Positions 36,257 to 46,077 of a DNA stretch of 64,000 bases are shown in pieces. The notes below the pieces were generated by a model. It ran no database searches. It was not told where the DNA came from and saw only the letters and a program-made list of their open reading frames with translations. Each line of letters opens with the position of its first letter. Position 1 is the stretch's first letter. Made by a program: the position numbers and the translations under genes. This DNA is from Ignavibacteriota bacterium (GTDB taxonomy: Bacteria; Bacteroidota; Ignavibacteria; UBA10030; UBA6906). The DNA lies in the NCBI GenBank assembly GCA_963837815.1, contig CAWIOS010000015.1, positions 258,774 to 322,773 of the forward strand, written 5' to 3'.

Positions 36257-37543
36257 TAGCCCTTTCGGGAGTCTCCGCTCGAGATGTTCGAGAAATCGTG
36301 CAGTCGCGCCTGTATGTGATTCCACAAACTTTGCCGCGCGCTCGCCGGAGGCCTGCCGCGCCCCGCCGTCCTCGAGAAGGTTCTGGAGCGTCCTGTGCGC
36401 CTCCGCGGAGTTTTCGACGACGAATGCCCCCCCGCATTCCACGAGCATGATCGGTTCATGCGAGTTCCTGTGGCGGGGGCCGAAAATGACGGGGATGCCG
36501 AACACGGCAGCCTCGAGAACGTTGTGGATTCCCTGGCGGAAGCTCCCGCCGACGTACGCGATGTGGGCGAGCGCATAGAGGACGAGGAGTATCCCCACGC
36601 TGTCGACGATGATGATGTTCTCCCCGGCGTACTCGTTCAGCCCTGAAAACCGGATGGACATCGCTTTCCCCGCGATGTCCCGTTCCAGCTCCTCGATGTG
36701 TTGCTCCGTCGGCTCGTGCGGGACCACGATGACGAGAACGTTGCCGGATTCCGATTGCAGGCGGAGGCACGCGGGGATCACGACCTCCTCGTCCTCGTGC
36801 CAGCTGCTTCCGATCACAACGACCTTCTTTCCCGCGGTGATCGCCGGGGGGATGATGTGGCGCTTCCGTGCCTCCGCGCTCCTTGCCGTCACCTGGTCGT
36901 ACCGGGTGTCGCCGATCGCGCGGAGCGTCGGCCGGTCAAGCGAGAAAAGGTGGAACGCCTCGACGTCGGACGCCGCGACGGTAAGTATGTCGTCGATATC
37001 GTTGTACACGCTGTGGTGGAAGCTGCGCGAGACCGGGAGCCGCCGCTTCGTGCGCATCCGCATCGTCGCGTTCGCGATGAGAACCGGGATTCCCCTCGCG
37101 TGCGTTTCCCAGATGTGATTGGGCCAGATGTCATACCGGACCATCACCGCGGCGTCCGGGCGCACAAGGTCGAGAAATCGCCGCGCGTTCCTCCGCGTAT
37201 CGAACGGGAGATACGTGATGACGTCCGCGAGCCTGTACGTGCGCGAGTGCTCGTATCCGGACGGGGAGAAGAACGAAACGACGACAAGCGTCCCCGGGTG
37301 CCGGCGTTTCAGCTCGGCGATGATCGGCTTCGCCTGCTCGAACTCTCCCATGGACGACGAATGGAACCAGACGCGGCTGCCCGGGCCCAGCAGGGCGATC
37401 TGCCGCTCCAGGTCGGCGAAGAGCGTCTCCCGTCCCCTGATCGCACGGCGCGCCTTCGCGTTCACAACCGCGATTACCCGCAGTGTGATCCAGAAAAGAG
37501 GGATGACGACAAAACTGTATGCCGCTCCCCAGAATCGTTTCAT
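36254..37543 (-). CDS. waaA: 3-deoxy-D-manno-octulosonic acid (Kdo) transferase
   Basis: The real start is MKRFWGAAYSFVVIPLF, verified from the DNA (the long track ORF 36254..38161 includes a spurious N-terminal extension). It has the GT30 motifs VWFHSSSMGEF and GGSF..GGHN-like. Confidence 0.8.
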   Translation of the reverse strand: MKRFWGAAYSFVVIPLFWITLRVIAVVNAKARRAIRGRETLFADLERQIALLGPGSRVWFHSSSMGEFEQAKPIIAELKRRHPGTLVVVSFFSPSGYEHSRTYRLADVITYLPFDTRRNARRFLDLVRPDAAVMVRYDIWPNHIWETHARGIPVLIANATMRMRTKRRLPVSRSFHHSVYNDIDDILTVAASDVEAFHLFSLDRPTLRAIGDTRYDQVTARSAEARKRHIIPPAITAGKKVVVIGSSWHEDEEVVIPACLRLQSESGNVLVIVVPHEPTEQHIEELERDIAGKAMSIRFSGLNEYAGENIIIVDSVGILLVLYALAHIAYVGGSFRQGIHNVLEAAVFGIPVIFGPRHRNSHEPIMLVECGGAFVVENSAEAHRTLQNLLEDGGARQASGERAAKFVESHTGATARFLEHLERRLPKGL

Positions 37544-38595
37544 GACGGGAGGAGCCGTTCTGCCGCCGCGGTCACCGCGGCCGGCGTGATCTCGTTCATG
37601 CACCGGAAATGCCCCCGGGGGCAGCGGGAGAGCCCGATGTGCGTGCAGGGACGGCAGGGGAGCCCGGGAGGTTCGATGACGGAGGATCGTGCGCCCCGCG
37701 GGAAGAAGCCGAACTCCCGGACCGTCGGGCCGAACACTGCCGCGACGGGAACCCCGCGTGCTTCGGCGATGTGCATGAGCCCGGTATCGTTCGCCAGTAC
37801 AATTGCGCAGCGGTCCATCGCGCTTGCGGTCTCGAGGAGCGAAAGGCGCCCCGCGAGGTTCAGGACGCTCGTATGGGGGTGCGCACCGGTGATTGCCGCC
37901 TCGATCGCGCTGCACATCGCCCTCTCGTCCGCGGTCCCGAAGAGGAGGACCGGGAGCCCGAGCTGTTCGGCGACCTGGCCCGCCGATTCGGCAAAGCGCT
38001 CTGCCGGCCACATCTTGTTCCAGTGCCGCGCACAGGGGCAGACGCCGACGCACATCGTGCCGTTCCCCAGCCTCTCCGCCTTCAGGAGCCCCTCCGCGGA
38101 TTCCCGGATCGCAGCGGGGAAATGAAGCTCGGGCACGCCGCCATCGTCCTCGATCCCCCACGGGAGAAGGGGCTCAATGTAGCGCGCGGCGACGTCCGGC
38201 GCCCCGCCGAACCGGTCATACATGTTCACTTTGAGATTGACGAGGAGCGTCCTTGCGATCTTTCGCTTATTGACGCGCGCCACGGGTCCCGCTCCTGCGG
38301 AAAGAAAGCGGCTCCGGATGCTGTCGTGGATGTCGATGATGAGGTCGTACCCGGAGGTGCGCACAGTGCGGCGGAGTCGGACGAGGTCCCCGAGCGTCCC
38401 TCCGCCCGGGAATTGTATCACGCGCGTGACATGCGGATTGAACCGCACGAGGTCGGCATACTCCGCTTTGACGAGAAAGTCGATCCGGCAGTCCGGGAAA
38501 CGCCCGTGGAGAACGCGGACGAGCGTCGAAGAGAGGACCACGTCGCCGACGGAACTAAAGCGGATGATGAGCGTTTTATGTAATACACCCTGCAT
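37540..38595 (-). CDS. GT9-family lipopolysaccharide heptosyltransferase
   Basis: It has ILIIRFSSVGDVVLSSTLV... (the GT9 N-terminal motif) and a C-terminal glycosyltransferase domain. It overlaps the waaA start by 4 nt. Confidence 0.8.
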   Translation of the reverse strand: MQGVLHKTLIIRFSSVGDVVLSSTLVRVLHGRFPDCRIDFLVKAEYADLVRFNPHVTRVIQFPGGGTLGDLVRLRRTVRTSGYDLIIDIHDSIRSRFLSAGAGPVARVNKRKIARTLLVNLKVNMYDRFGGAPDVAARYIEPLLPWGIEDDGGVPELHFPAAIRESAEGLLKAERLGNGTMCVGVCPCARHWNKMWPAERFAESAGQVAEQLGLPVLLFGTADERAMCSAIEAAITGAHPHTSVLNLAGRLSLLETASAMDRCAIVLANDTGLMHIAEARGVPVAAVFGPTVREFGFFPRGARSSVIEPPGLPCRPCTHIGLSRCPRGHFRCMNEITPAAVTAAAERLLPS

Positions 38596-38733
38596 GTCGG
38601 CCGTGTGCAATGGTACCAACTTTCAGGCGCAATTGCAACGCAGCAACGGGCTTCCGGACGCGCGCTTGAATGTCAGCCCGGGAGCGCCTACATTGGCCGG
38701 GCGGACAACGAAGGCCATATCCGGGGAACACTA

Positions 38734-40248
38734 ATGAACAAAGAAGCGACACTCGGCGAATTGCGTACGAGCGGGTACCGCGTCCTCCCGCTGAAGGACG
38801 AGCTCCGTGCCAACCTGATCCGGAAGATGCGCGCGAAAGAGAACCTCTTTCCCGGGATCATCGGCTATGAACAGACGGTGGTCCCCGCGCTCGTCAACGC
38901 GATCCTTGCGAAGCACGACATCATCCTCCTCGGGCTCCGCGGCCAGGCCAAATCGCGGATTGTCCGGCAGCTCACGTCGCTTCTCGATGAGTACATCCCG
39001 GTTGTCCGGGGGAGCGAGATCAACGACAACCCGTTCGCGCCCGTTAGCAAGTTCGCCGCGGATCTCGTGGCCGGGCAGGGCGACGCCACCCCGATCGACT
39101 GGATCCACAGGTCGCGGCGCTACGGCGAAAAGCTCGCGACGCCTGACGTCACGATTGCCGACCTGATCGGCGACATTGACCCGATCAAGGCCGCGGCGCA
39201 ACGCCTCCATTACGCGCACGAAGGCGCGATCCACTTCGGTATCATCCCGCGGTGCAACAGGGGGATATTCGCGATCAACGAGCTGCCGGACCTCCAACCG
39301 CGCATCCAGGTCGGCCTCTTTAATATCCTTGAGGAAAAAGACATCCAGATCCGCGGGTTCAACATCCGCATCCCGATGGACATCATGCTCGTCTTCACCG
39401 CGAACCCCGAGGATTACACGAACCGCGGGAACATCATCACGCCGCTCAAGGACAGGATCGATTCCCAGATCCTCACGCACTATCCCCGGTCGCTCGAAGA
39501 CGCCATACGGATCACCGAGCAGGAGGCCCACATTGCGCGCGAGGGGAAGCAGATCCGCGTCCCGCATTTCTTCCGCGAGATCGTTGAACAGATCGCGATC
39601 GAGGCGAGGAAGAGCGAGTTTGTCGACCAGAAATCCGGTGTGAGCGCGCGTCTGACGATCGCCGCGATGGAAAACCTCATAAGCAATGCGGAGAGGCGCG
39701 CGATACTCATCGGCGAGGAAGTCGTCGTCCCGCGCATCTGCGACCTGCCGCACGTCCTCCCCGGTCTGACGGGCAAGATCGAGCTCGTGTTCGAAGGGGA
39801 ACAGGAAGGGTCGGTCAAGGTCAGCAAGGCCCTTGTGGGGAAGGCGGTACGCGAGACGTTCAAGAGATATTTCCCCGACCCGCTCCGAAAGCGTCCCCGC
39901 CCTGCCGGCGAAGGGCAGGGAGGGGGGAAGCAGGCGGCGGAGGACCCGGAGTACGGGAAGATCATACAGTATTTCGAGACGGGGAACGCCATCGAGATCG
40001 CTGACGACATGACGATCGCCTCCTATACGAAAGAGCTCGACAAGGTGCGGGGGTTGCGCGACCTGACGAAGAAGTACATGAAGAACCTGGACGAGCAGCA
40101 CGAGCTTCCCTCCGTCATGGAGTTTGTTCTCGACGGGCTCCATCAGAATTCCAAGATCGCCAAGGATGAGATGGACCACAGAACCGCCTACAAGGACCTG
40201 GTGGGGAGCATATTCACGGGGCAGGGGAAGATGTACGAGGACGACTGA
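38734..40248 (+). CDS. ChlI/BchI/CobS-like AAA+ ATPase (Mg-chelatase family) with a C-terminal extension
   Basis: Walker A is ILLGLRGQAKS (degenerate). Walker B and sensor motifs are in IFAINELPDL. The C-terminal half is helical and about 250 aa long. Confidence 0.7.
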   Translation: MNKEATLGELRTSGYRVLPLKDELRANLIRKMRAKENLFPGIIGYEQTVVPALVNAILAKHDIILLGLRGQAKSRIVRQLTSLLDEYIPVVRGSEINDNPFAPVSKFAADLVAGQGDATPIDWIHRSRRYGEKLATPDVTIADLIGDIDPIKAAAQRLHYAHEGAIHFGIIPRCNRGIFAINELPDLQPRIQVGLFNILEEKDIQIRGFNIRIPMDIMLVFTANPEDYTNRGNIITPLKDRIDSQILTHYPRSLEDAIRITEQEAHIAREGKQIRVPHFFREIVEQIAIEARKSEFVDQKSGVSARLTIAAMENLISNAERRAILIGEEVVVPRICDLPHVLPGLTGKIELVFEGEQEGSVKVSKALVGKAVRETFKRYFPDPLRKRPRPAGEGQGGGKQAAEDPEYGKIIQYFETGNAIEIADDMTIASYTKELDKVRGLRDLTKKYMKNLDEQHELPSVMEFVLDGLHQNSKIAKDEMDHRTAYKDLVGSIFTGQGKMYEDD

Positions 40249-40250
40249 TC

Positions 40251-41351
40251 ATGCGCTTCCGCTATTCACAGTGGCGCCCTGAGTCGACGACCGACGAGCA
40301 GCGCCTCCAGCAGCTTGTGACGCTCTTCAGCTACCTTACCGTGCAGACAAACGGCGACGTGGAGGAGGCCCTGGAGTGGCTCAAGCAGCTCGCGGAGGAG
40401 TACGGCCTGTTTGACGGGAACATGACGATGGACGACATCATCGACAAGCTTCGGGAGATGGGGCTCATCGAGGACGCCAGGACCGGGATACAGCTTACCG
40501 GGAAGGGGATACAGCGGATACGGCAGGACGCGCTCCGGGAGATTTTCACGTCGCTCAAGAAGGCCCCCTCGGGAAACCACGAGACCCCGTACACGGGGTC
40601 CGGCGTTGACAGGCTGAGCGAGACGAAGAAGTACCGGTTCGGCGACCAGCCGACGAACATCGACCTCACCTCGACGCTCACGAACGCGTTCCGGCGTGAC
40701 GGGATTGACGATTTTACCCTGAAGGAAGAGGACCTCGAGGTCTACGAGACGGAGCACCAGACGACGTGCGCGACCGTCCTGATGATCGACATAAGCCACA
40801 GCATGATCCTGTACGGAGAGGACCGGATTACCCCCGCCAAGCAGGTTGCGCTGGCGCTGAGCGAGCTCATCCTGACCCGTTTCCCGAAGGACTACATCGC
40901 GCTCATCACGTTCGGCGATGACGCGCAGCTCGTCAGCATCAATGAACTCCCCTTCCTCACCGTCGGCCCGTACCATACGAACACGCGCGCGGGACTTCAG
41001 CTCGCCCGCGATCTTCTCCGCCGCCGCGGGGGGAACGTCAACAAGCAGATCTTCATGGTGACCGACGGGAAGCCCTCCGCCATATTCGAGCCGAACGGGC
41101 GGCTCTACAAGAACTCCTTCGGCCTCGACCCCCGGATCGTCAACAAGACGCTTGACGAGGCGGTCGCCTGCCGCCGAGAGCGGATCCCGATCACCACATT
41201 CATGGTGGCCCGCGATCCGTACCTCGTGAATTTCGTCGAGGAGCTCACAAAGGCGAACCACGGGCGCGCATACTACTCGTCGCTCAACAACCTCGGGGAA
41301 TTCGTGTTCGTCGATTACATCCGCAACCGGAAGAAGAAATTCACCCGCTGA
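40251..41351 (+). CDS. von Willebrand factor A (vWA) domain protein (CobT-like partner of the AAA+ ATPase)
   Basis: The vWA MIDAS motif is VLMIDISHSM. Its start is 3 nt after the ATPase stop. Confidence 0.7.
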   Translation: MRFRYSQWRPESTTDEQRLQQLVTLFSYLTVQTNGDVEEALEWLKQLAEEYGLFDGNMTMDDIIDKLREMGLIEDARTGIQLTGKGIQRIRQDALREIFTSLKKAPSGNHETPYTGSGVDRLSETKKYRFGDQPTNIDLTSTLTNAFRRDGIDDFTLKEEDLEVYETEHQTTCATVLMIDISHSMILYGEDRITPAKQVALALSELILTRFPKDYIALITFGDDAQLVSINELPFLTVGPYHTNTRAGLQLARDLLRRRGGNVNKQIFMVTDGKPSAIFEPNGRLYKNSFGLDPRIVNKTLDEAVACRRERIPITTFMVARDPYLVNFVEELTKANHGRAYYSSLNNLGEFVFVDYIRNRKKKFTR

Positions 41352-41434
41352 CGCGCTCTACCCCCCCCGGCGGGCCCTTCACACCCCCATATGCCGGAAG
41401 TTGAAATTGTAACGGATTTTGTGCACTATACCGC

Positions 41435-42187
41435 GTGATTCTCATCATTCCGGCTGTGGAAATACGCGCCGGTCGCAGCGTCCGGACCGCACAGGGGGTC
41501 GAGGGCTTCGGATATTCCGACGACCCGGTGGAGATGGCAAGGCTCTGGCGCACCGAGAACGCGAAGTCGCTCCACGTCACCGACCTTGACGGCGCGCGGG
41601 AGGGGCGTCTCGTGAACGTCGAGACCGTGAAGCGGATGGTGCAGACCGTGGATATCCCCGTCGAACTCGGCGGCGGCGTCCGGACGTTCGAGGACGCACG
41701 CTGGGCGTTCGAAACCGGTGTCTACCGGGTGCTCGTCAACACCATGGTCATCGAAAACCCCGACGAGGCGCAGCGTCTTCTCAGCGTGTACGGCCCGAGC
41801 AAAGTCGTCCTCGCGATGTACGCCGTGCGCGGCATCGTCGCCACGCACGGTGGAATGACGACCTCCGGGTTGACCGCGCTCTCCGTCGCGCTCAACGGGA
41901 AGGCGCTTGGTTTCCGGCGGCTCGTCTACGCGGACATCGGGGAGGACGGCTCCCCCGCTCTCGTCAATTTCGACGTCCTGCGCGACCTCGGCGAAAAGAC
42001 CGGCATGCGCATCACGGCCGCCGGAGGCATCACCGGGCTCGACGATCTCCTGAAGATCCAGGCTCTCGAGCGCAGCGGCGTGGACTCTGTCGTCATCGGG
42101 CGCGCCCTCTACGAAAACAGGTTTGCATGCCAGGCCCTCTGGCGGAAGTGCGAAGCCGGCAATTATCCCTACACAGCGAAGATCTGA
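41435..42187 (+). CDS. hisA: ProFAR isomerase (histidine biosynthesis)
   Basis: It has IIPAVEIRAGRSVR and the HisA/HisF TIM-barrel motifs. Confidence 0.85.
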   Translation: MILIIPAVEIRAGRSVRTAQGVEGFGYSDDPVEMARLWRTENAKSLHVTDLDGAREGRLVNVETVKRMVQTVDIPVELGGGVRTFEDARWAFETGVYRVLVNTMVIENPDEAQRLLSVYGPSKVVLAMYAVRGIVATHGGMTTSGLTALSVALNGKALGFRRLVYADIGEDGSPALVNFDVLRDLGEKTGMRITAAGGITGLDDLLKIQALERSGVDSVVIGRALYENRFACQALWRKCEAGNYPYTAKI

Positions 42188-42189
42188 CA

Positions 42190-42648
42190 ATGCGGCGTGT
42201 TGCAGTCCTTCTCGGGAGCAGGAACGACGAACAGGTGATGTCGGGGTGCACGGACTATCTTGTGAAATTCGGCATCCCCTACGATCTCAAGGTCTCATCC
42301 GCTCACCGGCAGCCTGAACAGACCGCGGCGTTTATAAAAAGCGCCGAAGGGGAAGGGTATGCCATAATCATTGCCGCGGCCGGGATGGCGGCCCACCTGG
42401 CGGGGTTCGCCGCCGCGTACACGACGCTCCCGGTAATCGGGGTGCCGCTCGAAGGGTCCGCGCTGGGAGGCGTGGACGCCCTCTATTCCACGGTGCAGAT
42501 GCCCGCCGGAATTCCCGTGGCGACGGTCGCCATCGGCTCGGCCGGTGCAAAAAACGCCGCCGTCCTCGCAGCGGAGATACTCGCGCTGAACGACGACGGG
42601 CTCCGCCGGAAACTTGCCGAATTCCGGAACAACGGGGCGAAGTTCTGA
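42190..42648 (+). CDS. purE: N5-carboxyaminoimidazole ribonucleotide mutase
   Basis: The start is MRRVAVLLGSRND. It has the conserved AGMAAHLAG motif. Confidence 0.85.
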   Translation: MRRVAVLLGSRNDEQVMSGCTDYLVKFGIPYDLKVSSAHRQPEQTAAFIKSAEGEGYAIIIAAAGMAAHLAGFAAAYTTLPVIGVPLEGSALGGVDALYSTVQMPAGIPVATVAIGSAGAKNAAVLAAEILALNDDGLRRKLAEFRNNGAKF

Positions 42649-42685
42649 CCCCGCCCTTCAACGCGCGTCATCGCGGCCTCACGCA

Positions 42686-43573
42686 ATGAAACTTATCGTC
42701 CTCGGCCATCTCTGCATCGACTGCGCCCACCCGGCCGCAGGGGAGCCACGTAACCGCTGGGGGGGGATAGCGAATGCGGTCGCCGCGGTGGCTGCGCTCG
42801 CGGGGGCGGGAGAGACGGTGCTTCCCGTCTGCGGCGTCGGGGCGGCTGACGAGAAGGACTTCCTGGCCTGGCTCGGCCGCTTCCCGGCCGTCGATCCCTC
42901 GGGCGTGTACGCATTCAAGGGCCCGACGAACAGGATCGACATCTACGAAAAGGAGAAGGGGCACCGCGTGGCATGCGCGGGGGAGATTGCGCCCCCGATC
43001 CCTTTTGAGAAGATACGGAAGTTCCTCTCGTCGGACGGAATTCTCATAAACATGGTCTCCGGGAAGGACATTGCGCTTGACACGCTCGATCAGATCCGCA
43101 TGGAGATCCGTGCGCGGGAAACACCCCTCCACCTGGATTACCACAACCTGACGACGGAGGTCGGGCCGGGGAGGGAGCGCATCCGGACGCCGCTCGCCGA
43201 ATGGCGGCGCTGGGCGTTCATGCTGACGACGGTCCAGATGAGCGAAGAAGAATCCGCCGGCCTCACTGTCGACCGGCTCGACGAGAAGCAGCTCACGGGG
43301 CATTTCCTGACCCTCGGCCTGAAAGGCGTCCTGATCACCCGGGGCTCGCGCGGTGCGACGCTCTTTGAGAACGAACACAAAAAGGTGGTTCGCCGCGACA
43401 TCGCCGGCATCCCCTCCGATGGTGCCGGAGGGAGGGAGGGACTCGGGGACGTATTCGGTGCGGCGTTCCTGTACAGGTACGTAACGACGTCGGACCTCGC
43501 GGCATCCGCGGATTTCGCGAATGCGACAGCGGCCCGCGCGGCGTCCGGCGGTTTATCGGCGGAGGTTCCATGA
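42686..43573 (+). CDS. PfkB-family (ribokinase-like) carbohydrate/nucleoside kinase
   Basis: It has an MKLIVLGHLCID start and the C-terminal PfkB anion-hole motif GAGD.FGAAFL. Confidence 0.6.
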   Translation: MKLIVLGHLCIDCAHPAAGEPRNRWGGIANAVAAVAALAGAGETVLPVCGVGAADEKDFLAWLGRFPAVDPSGVYAFKGPTNRIDIYEKEKGHRVACAGEIAPPIPFEKIRKFLSSDGILINMVSGKDIALDTLDQIRMEIRARETPLHLDYHNLTTEVGPGRERIRTPLAEWRRWAFMLTTVQMSEEESAGLTVDRLDEKQLTGHFLTLGLKGVLITRGSRGATLFENEHKKVVRRDIAGIPSDGAGGREGLGDVFGAAFLYRYVTTSDLAASADFANATAARAASGGLSAEVP

Positions 43574-44304
43574 AAATCGCTCTCGTTGGCTACGGGAAGA
43601 TGGGGAAGGAAGTGGAGGTCGCGGCAAAGGCGAAGGGCTTCACCGTGTCGAAGGTCTTCGACATCAACAACAACACGGGGAGCCTGGGACTCACGGCCGA
43701 ATCGCTCAAGGGGGTCGACGTCTGCATCGAGTTCTCGACGCCGGGGTCCGTTCTCGAGAACATCGCGGCGGTCGCCGCGTGCGGCAAGAACATCGTCGTC
43801 GGCACCACGGGATGGTATGACAGGCTCGATCACGTGAAGAAGATCGTGAAGGAGAACAGGATCGGCTTCCTCTACTCCCCGAATTTCTCGCTCGGCGTGA
43901 ACGTCTTCATGCAGATCGTCGCCCACGCCGCGCACATGATGGACAGATACGCGGAGTACGATGCGGCGGTGATGGAGAGCCATCACCGCGGCAAGGTCGA
44001 CAGCCCGTCCGGCACCGCGCTCACGATTGCGTCAAACGTCCTGCAGGGGATGAAACGGAAGACGGAGATAGCGTCAGGGACGATCCAGGGCCAGATCAAG
44101 CCGAACCAGCTCCATGTCGCTTCCTCGAGGTTCGGCTGCGTCACGGGAACGCATGCGGTGGTGTTCGACTCCGACGCGGATTCGATCGAGCTCGTCCACA
44201 CGGCCAAAAACCGTTCCGGGTTCGCCGTCGGCGCCGTTGTTGCCGCCGAATGGCTCAGGGGGAAGAAGGGTTTCTACACAATGCGTGACGTGATCACACT
44301 CTAG
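43570..44304 (+). CDS. dapB: 4-hydroxy-tetrahydrodipicolinate reductase
   Basis: It has the MKIALVGYGKMGK Rossmann N-terminus and DapB C-terminal motifs. It overlaps the pfkB stop. Confidence 0.85.
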   Translation: MKIALVGYGKMGKEVEVAAKAKGFTVSKVFDINNNTGSLGLTAESLKGVDVCIEFSTPGSVLENIAAVAACGKNIVVGTTGWYDRLDHVKKIVKENRIGFLYSPNFSLGVNVFMQIVAHAAHMMDRYAEYDAAVMESHHRGKVDSPSGTALTIASNVLQGMKRKTEIASGTIQGQIKPNQLHVASSRFGCVTGTHAVVFDSDADSIELVHTAKNRSGFAVGAVVAAEWLRGKKGFYTMRDVITL

Positions 44305-44340
44305 AGTCTCCTGCGCGAACGCTCCATAAAGGGAACAACA

Positions 44341-45240
44341 ATGGCCAAACGAAAGCTTCTCTTCCGCGGCACCGGCACGGCGCTCGTCACACCTTTCAAA
44401 AAGGACGGTTCCGTGGACGAGGTCGTCCTCCGCGAGCTCGTCGAACGGCAGATCAAGGGGGGCGTGGAAGCCCTGATTCCCGTCGGGAGCACGGGGGAGG
44501 CGGCGACGCTCTCCGAGACGGAACAGGCGCTGGTGATCGAGATGGTCGTCGACCAGACGCACGGGAGAATCCCTGTCATCGGCGGGGCAAGCAGCAACTC
44601 TACGATGAAGGCGATCGCGCTTGCGAAGGAAGCGAAGCGCCGCGGCGTCGACGCGATACTCACCGTCGCGCCGTTTTATAACAAGCCGACGCAGGAGGGG
44701 CTCTACCAGCATTTCAGCGCGATCGCGGACGCCGTCGAGATGCCCATCGTCATGTACAACGTCCCCGGGAGGACCGCTTCCAACATCGACGCCGGTACGA
44801 CCCTCCGTCTTGCCGGGGAGGTCTCGTACATCGTTGGGATCAAGGAAGCATCAGGGAACCTCGCGCAGATCATGGAGATTCTCCATCACCGGCCGGCGGG
44901 GTTCGGCGTCTGGTCGGGAGACGACAACATGACATTCCCCCTCGTGGCGCTCGGCGCGGACGGAATCATCTCCGTCGTCTCGAACGAGGTCCCGGCCGAG
45001 TTCTCCAAAATGGTCCGCTACGCGCTCAAGGGGAACCTCAACAAGGCGAGGGAACTGCATTACAGGCTCCTTCATCTCATGAACGCGAACTTCGTCGAAT
45101 CCAACCCCATACCGGTGAAAGCCGCAATGGCGATGATGGGCCTGATGGACGACGCGTGCCGGCTTCCCCTCACGCAGATCGGCGAGGGGGCCCGCCCGAA
45201 GCTTGAAAAAGCGCTCAAAGAACTCAGGCTCATCCGCTGA
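44341..45240 (+). CDS. dapA: 4-hydroxy-tetrahydrodipicolinate synthase
   Basis: It has GTALVTPF, VGSTGE, and the Schiff-base Lys region. Confidence 0.9.
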   Translation: MAKRKLLFRGTGTALVTPFKKDGSVDEVVLRELVERQIKGGVEALIPVGSTGEAATLSETEQALVIEMVVDQTHGRIPVIGGASSNSTMKAIALAKEAKRRGVDAILTVAPFYNKPTQEGLYQHFSAIADAVEMPIVMYNVPGRTASNIDAGTTLRLAGEVSYIVGIKEASGNLAQIMEILHHRPAGFGVWSGDDNMTFPLVALGADGIISVVSNEVPAEFSKMVRYALKGNLNKARELHYRLLHLMNANFVESNPIPVKAAMAMMGLMDDACRLPLTQIGEGARPKLEKALKELRLIR

Positions 45241-45243
45241 CGC

Positions 45244-46077
45244 ATGTCACTGCAGGCAGACATAGAAACGCTCTACGGGACCGATCCCGATGCGCTTGAC
45301 CGCGATGAGGCGCTCCGGGCGTTCTCCGAATTCAAGTTCTTCCTCAACCGGGGCGAGATACGCGCCGCGGAAAAAAAGGGGGGATTCTGGACCGTCAATC
45401 ACTGGGTGAAGAAGGGGATACTCCTCGGGTTCCGCCTCGGTGCGCTCCAGGACGTTTCGATCGACGCCAGATTCCGGTTTTTTGACAGGAGCACGTACCC
45501 GCTCAAGAAGCTGACCGCAGCTGATGGCATCAGGCTCGTTCCCGGCGGCTCCTCGATACGCGACGGCGCGTACGTCGCCCGCGGCGTCGTCTGCATGCCG
45601 CCGATGTACATAAACACCGGCGCGTACGTGGACGAGGGAACGATGGTCGACTCGCACGCGCTCGTCGGGTCCTGCGCGCAGGTCGGGAAGCACGTGCATA
45701 TAAGCGCGGCGGCGCAGATCGGCGGCGTGCTTGAGCCGGTCGGCGCCCTCCCGGTGATCATCGAGGACGGCGTCCTCGTCGGCGGCAACTGCGGCATCTA
45801 CGAAGGGACGATCGTGAGCAGGGGAGCGGTCGTCGCGGCCGGCGTGATACTCACCGGGGGGACCGCGGTGTACGATTCCGTGAAGCAGGAGGTGTACAGG
45901 AAGTCGCCGGGGGTCCCCCTCGTCATACCGGAAAACGCCGTTGTCATCCCCGGCAGCCGCCCGCTCGACTCCGCATGGGGACGCGGGAAGGGCATCTCGA
46001 TTGCGACGCCGGTCATTGTAAAGTACCGCGACGAAAAGACGGACGCTGCAACAGTTCTCGAAAACGCCCTCCGATGA
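45244..46077 (+). CDS. dapD: Tetrahydrodipicolinate N-succinyltransferase
   Basis: It has left-handed beta-helix hexapeptide repeats and a DapD N-terminal domain. Confidence 0.8.
   Translation: MSLQADIETLYGTDPDALDRDEALRAFSEFKFFLNRGEIRAAEKKGGFWTVNHWVKKGILLGFRLGALQDVSIDARFRFFDRSTYPLKKLTAADGIRLVPGGSSIRDGAYVARGVVCMPPMYINTGAYVDEGTMVDSHALVGSCAQVGKHVHISAAAQIGGVLEPVGALPVIIEDGVLVGGNCGIYEGTIVSRGAVVAAGVILTGGTAVYDSVKQEVYRKSPGVPLVIPENAVVIPGSRPLDSAWGRGKGISIATPVIVKYRDEKTDAATVLENALR

Noticed and set aside
34863-36578. 571-aa plus-strand ORF, plus 36698..38125 (+) and 37609..38583 (+)
   Set aside because: They are antisense to larC, waaA and GT9, which all have convincing family motifs and verified start codons.
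36254-38161. Reading the track's 635-aa ORF as a single large protein
   Set aside because: Its N-terminal about 205 aa is Arg/Gly-rich noise that overlaps the GT9 gene. The waaA homology and TM segment begin at MKRFWGAAYSF, with the ATG verified at 37541-37543.
38731-40179. 482-aa minus-strand ORF, and 40266..41261 (-)
   Set aside because: They are antisense to the ChlI-like AAA+ ATPase and the vWA protein.
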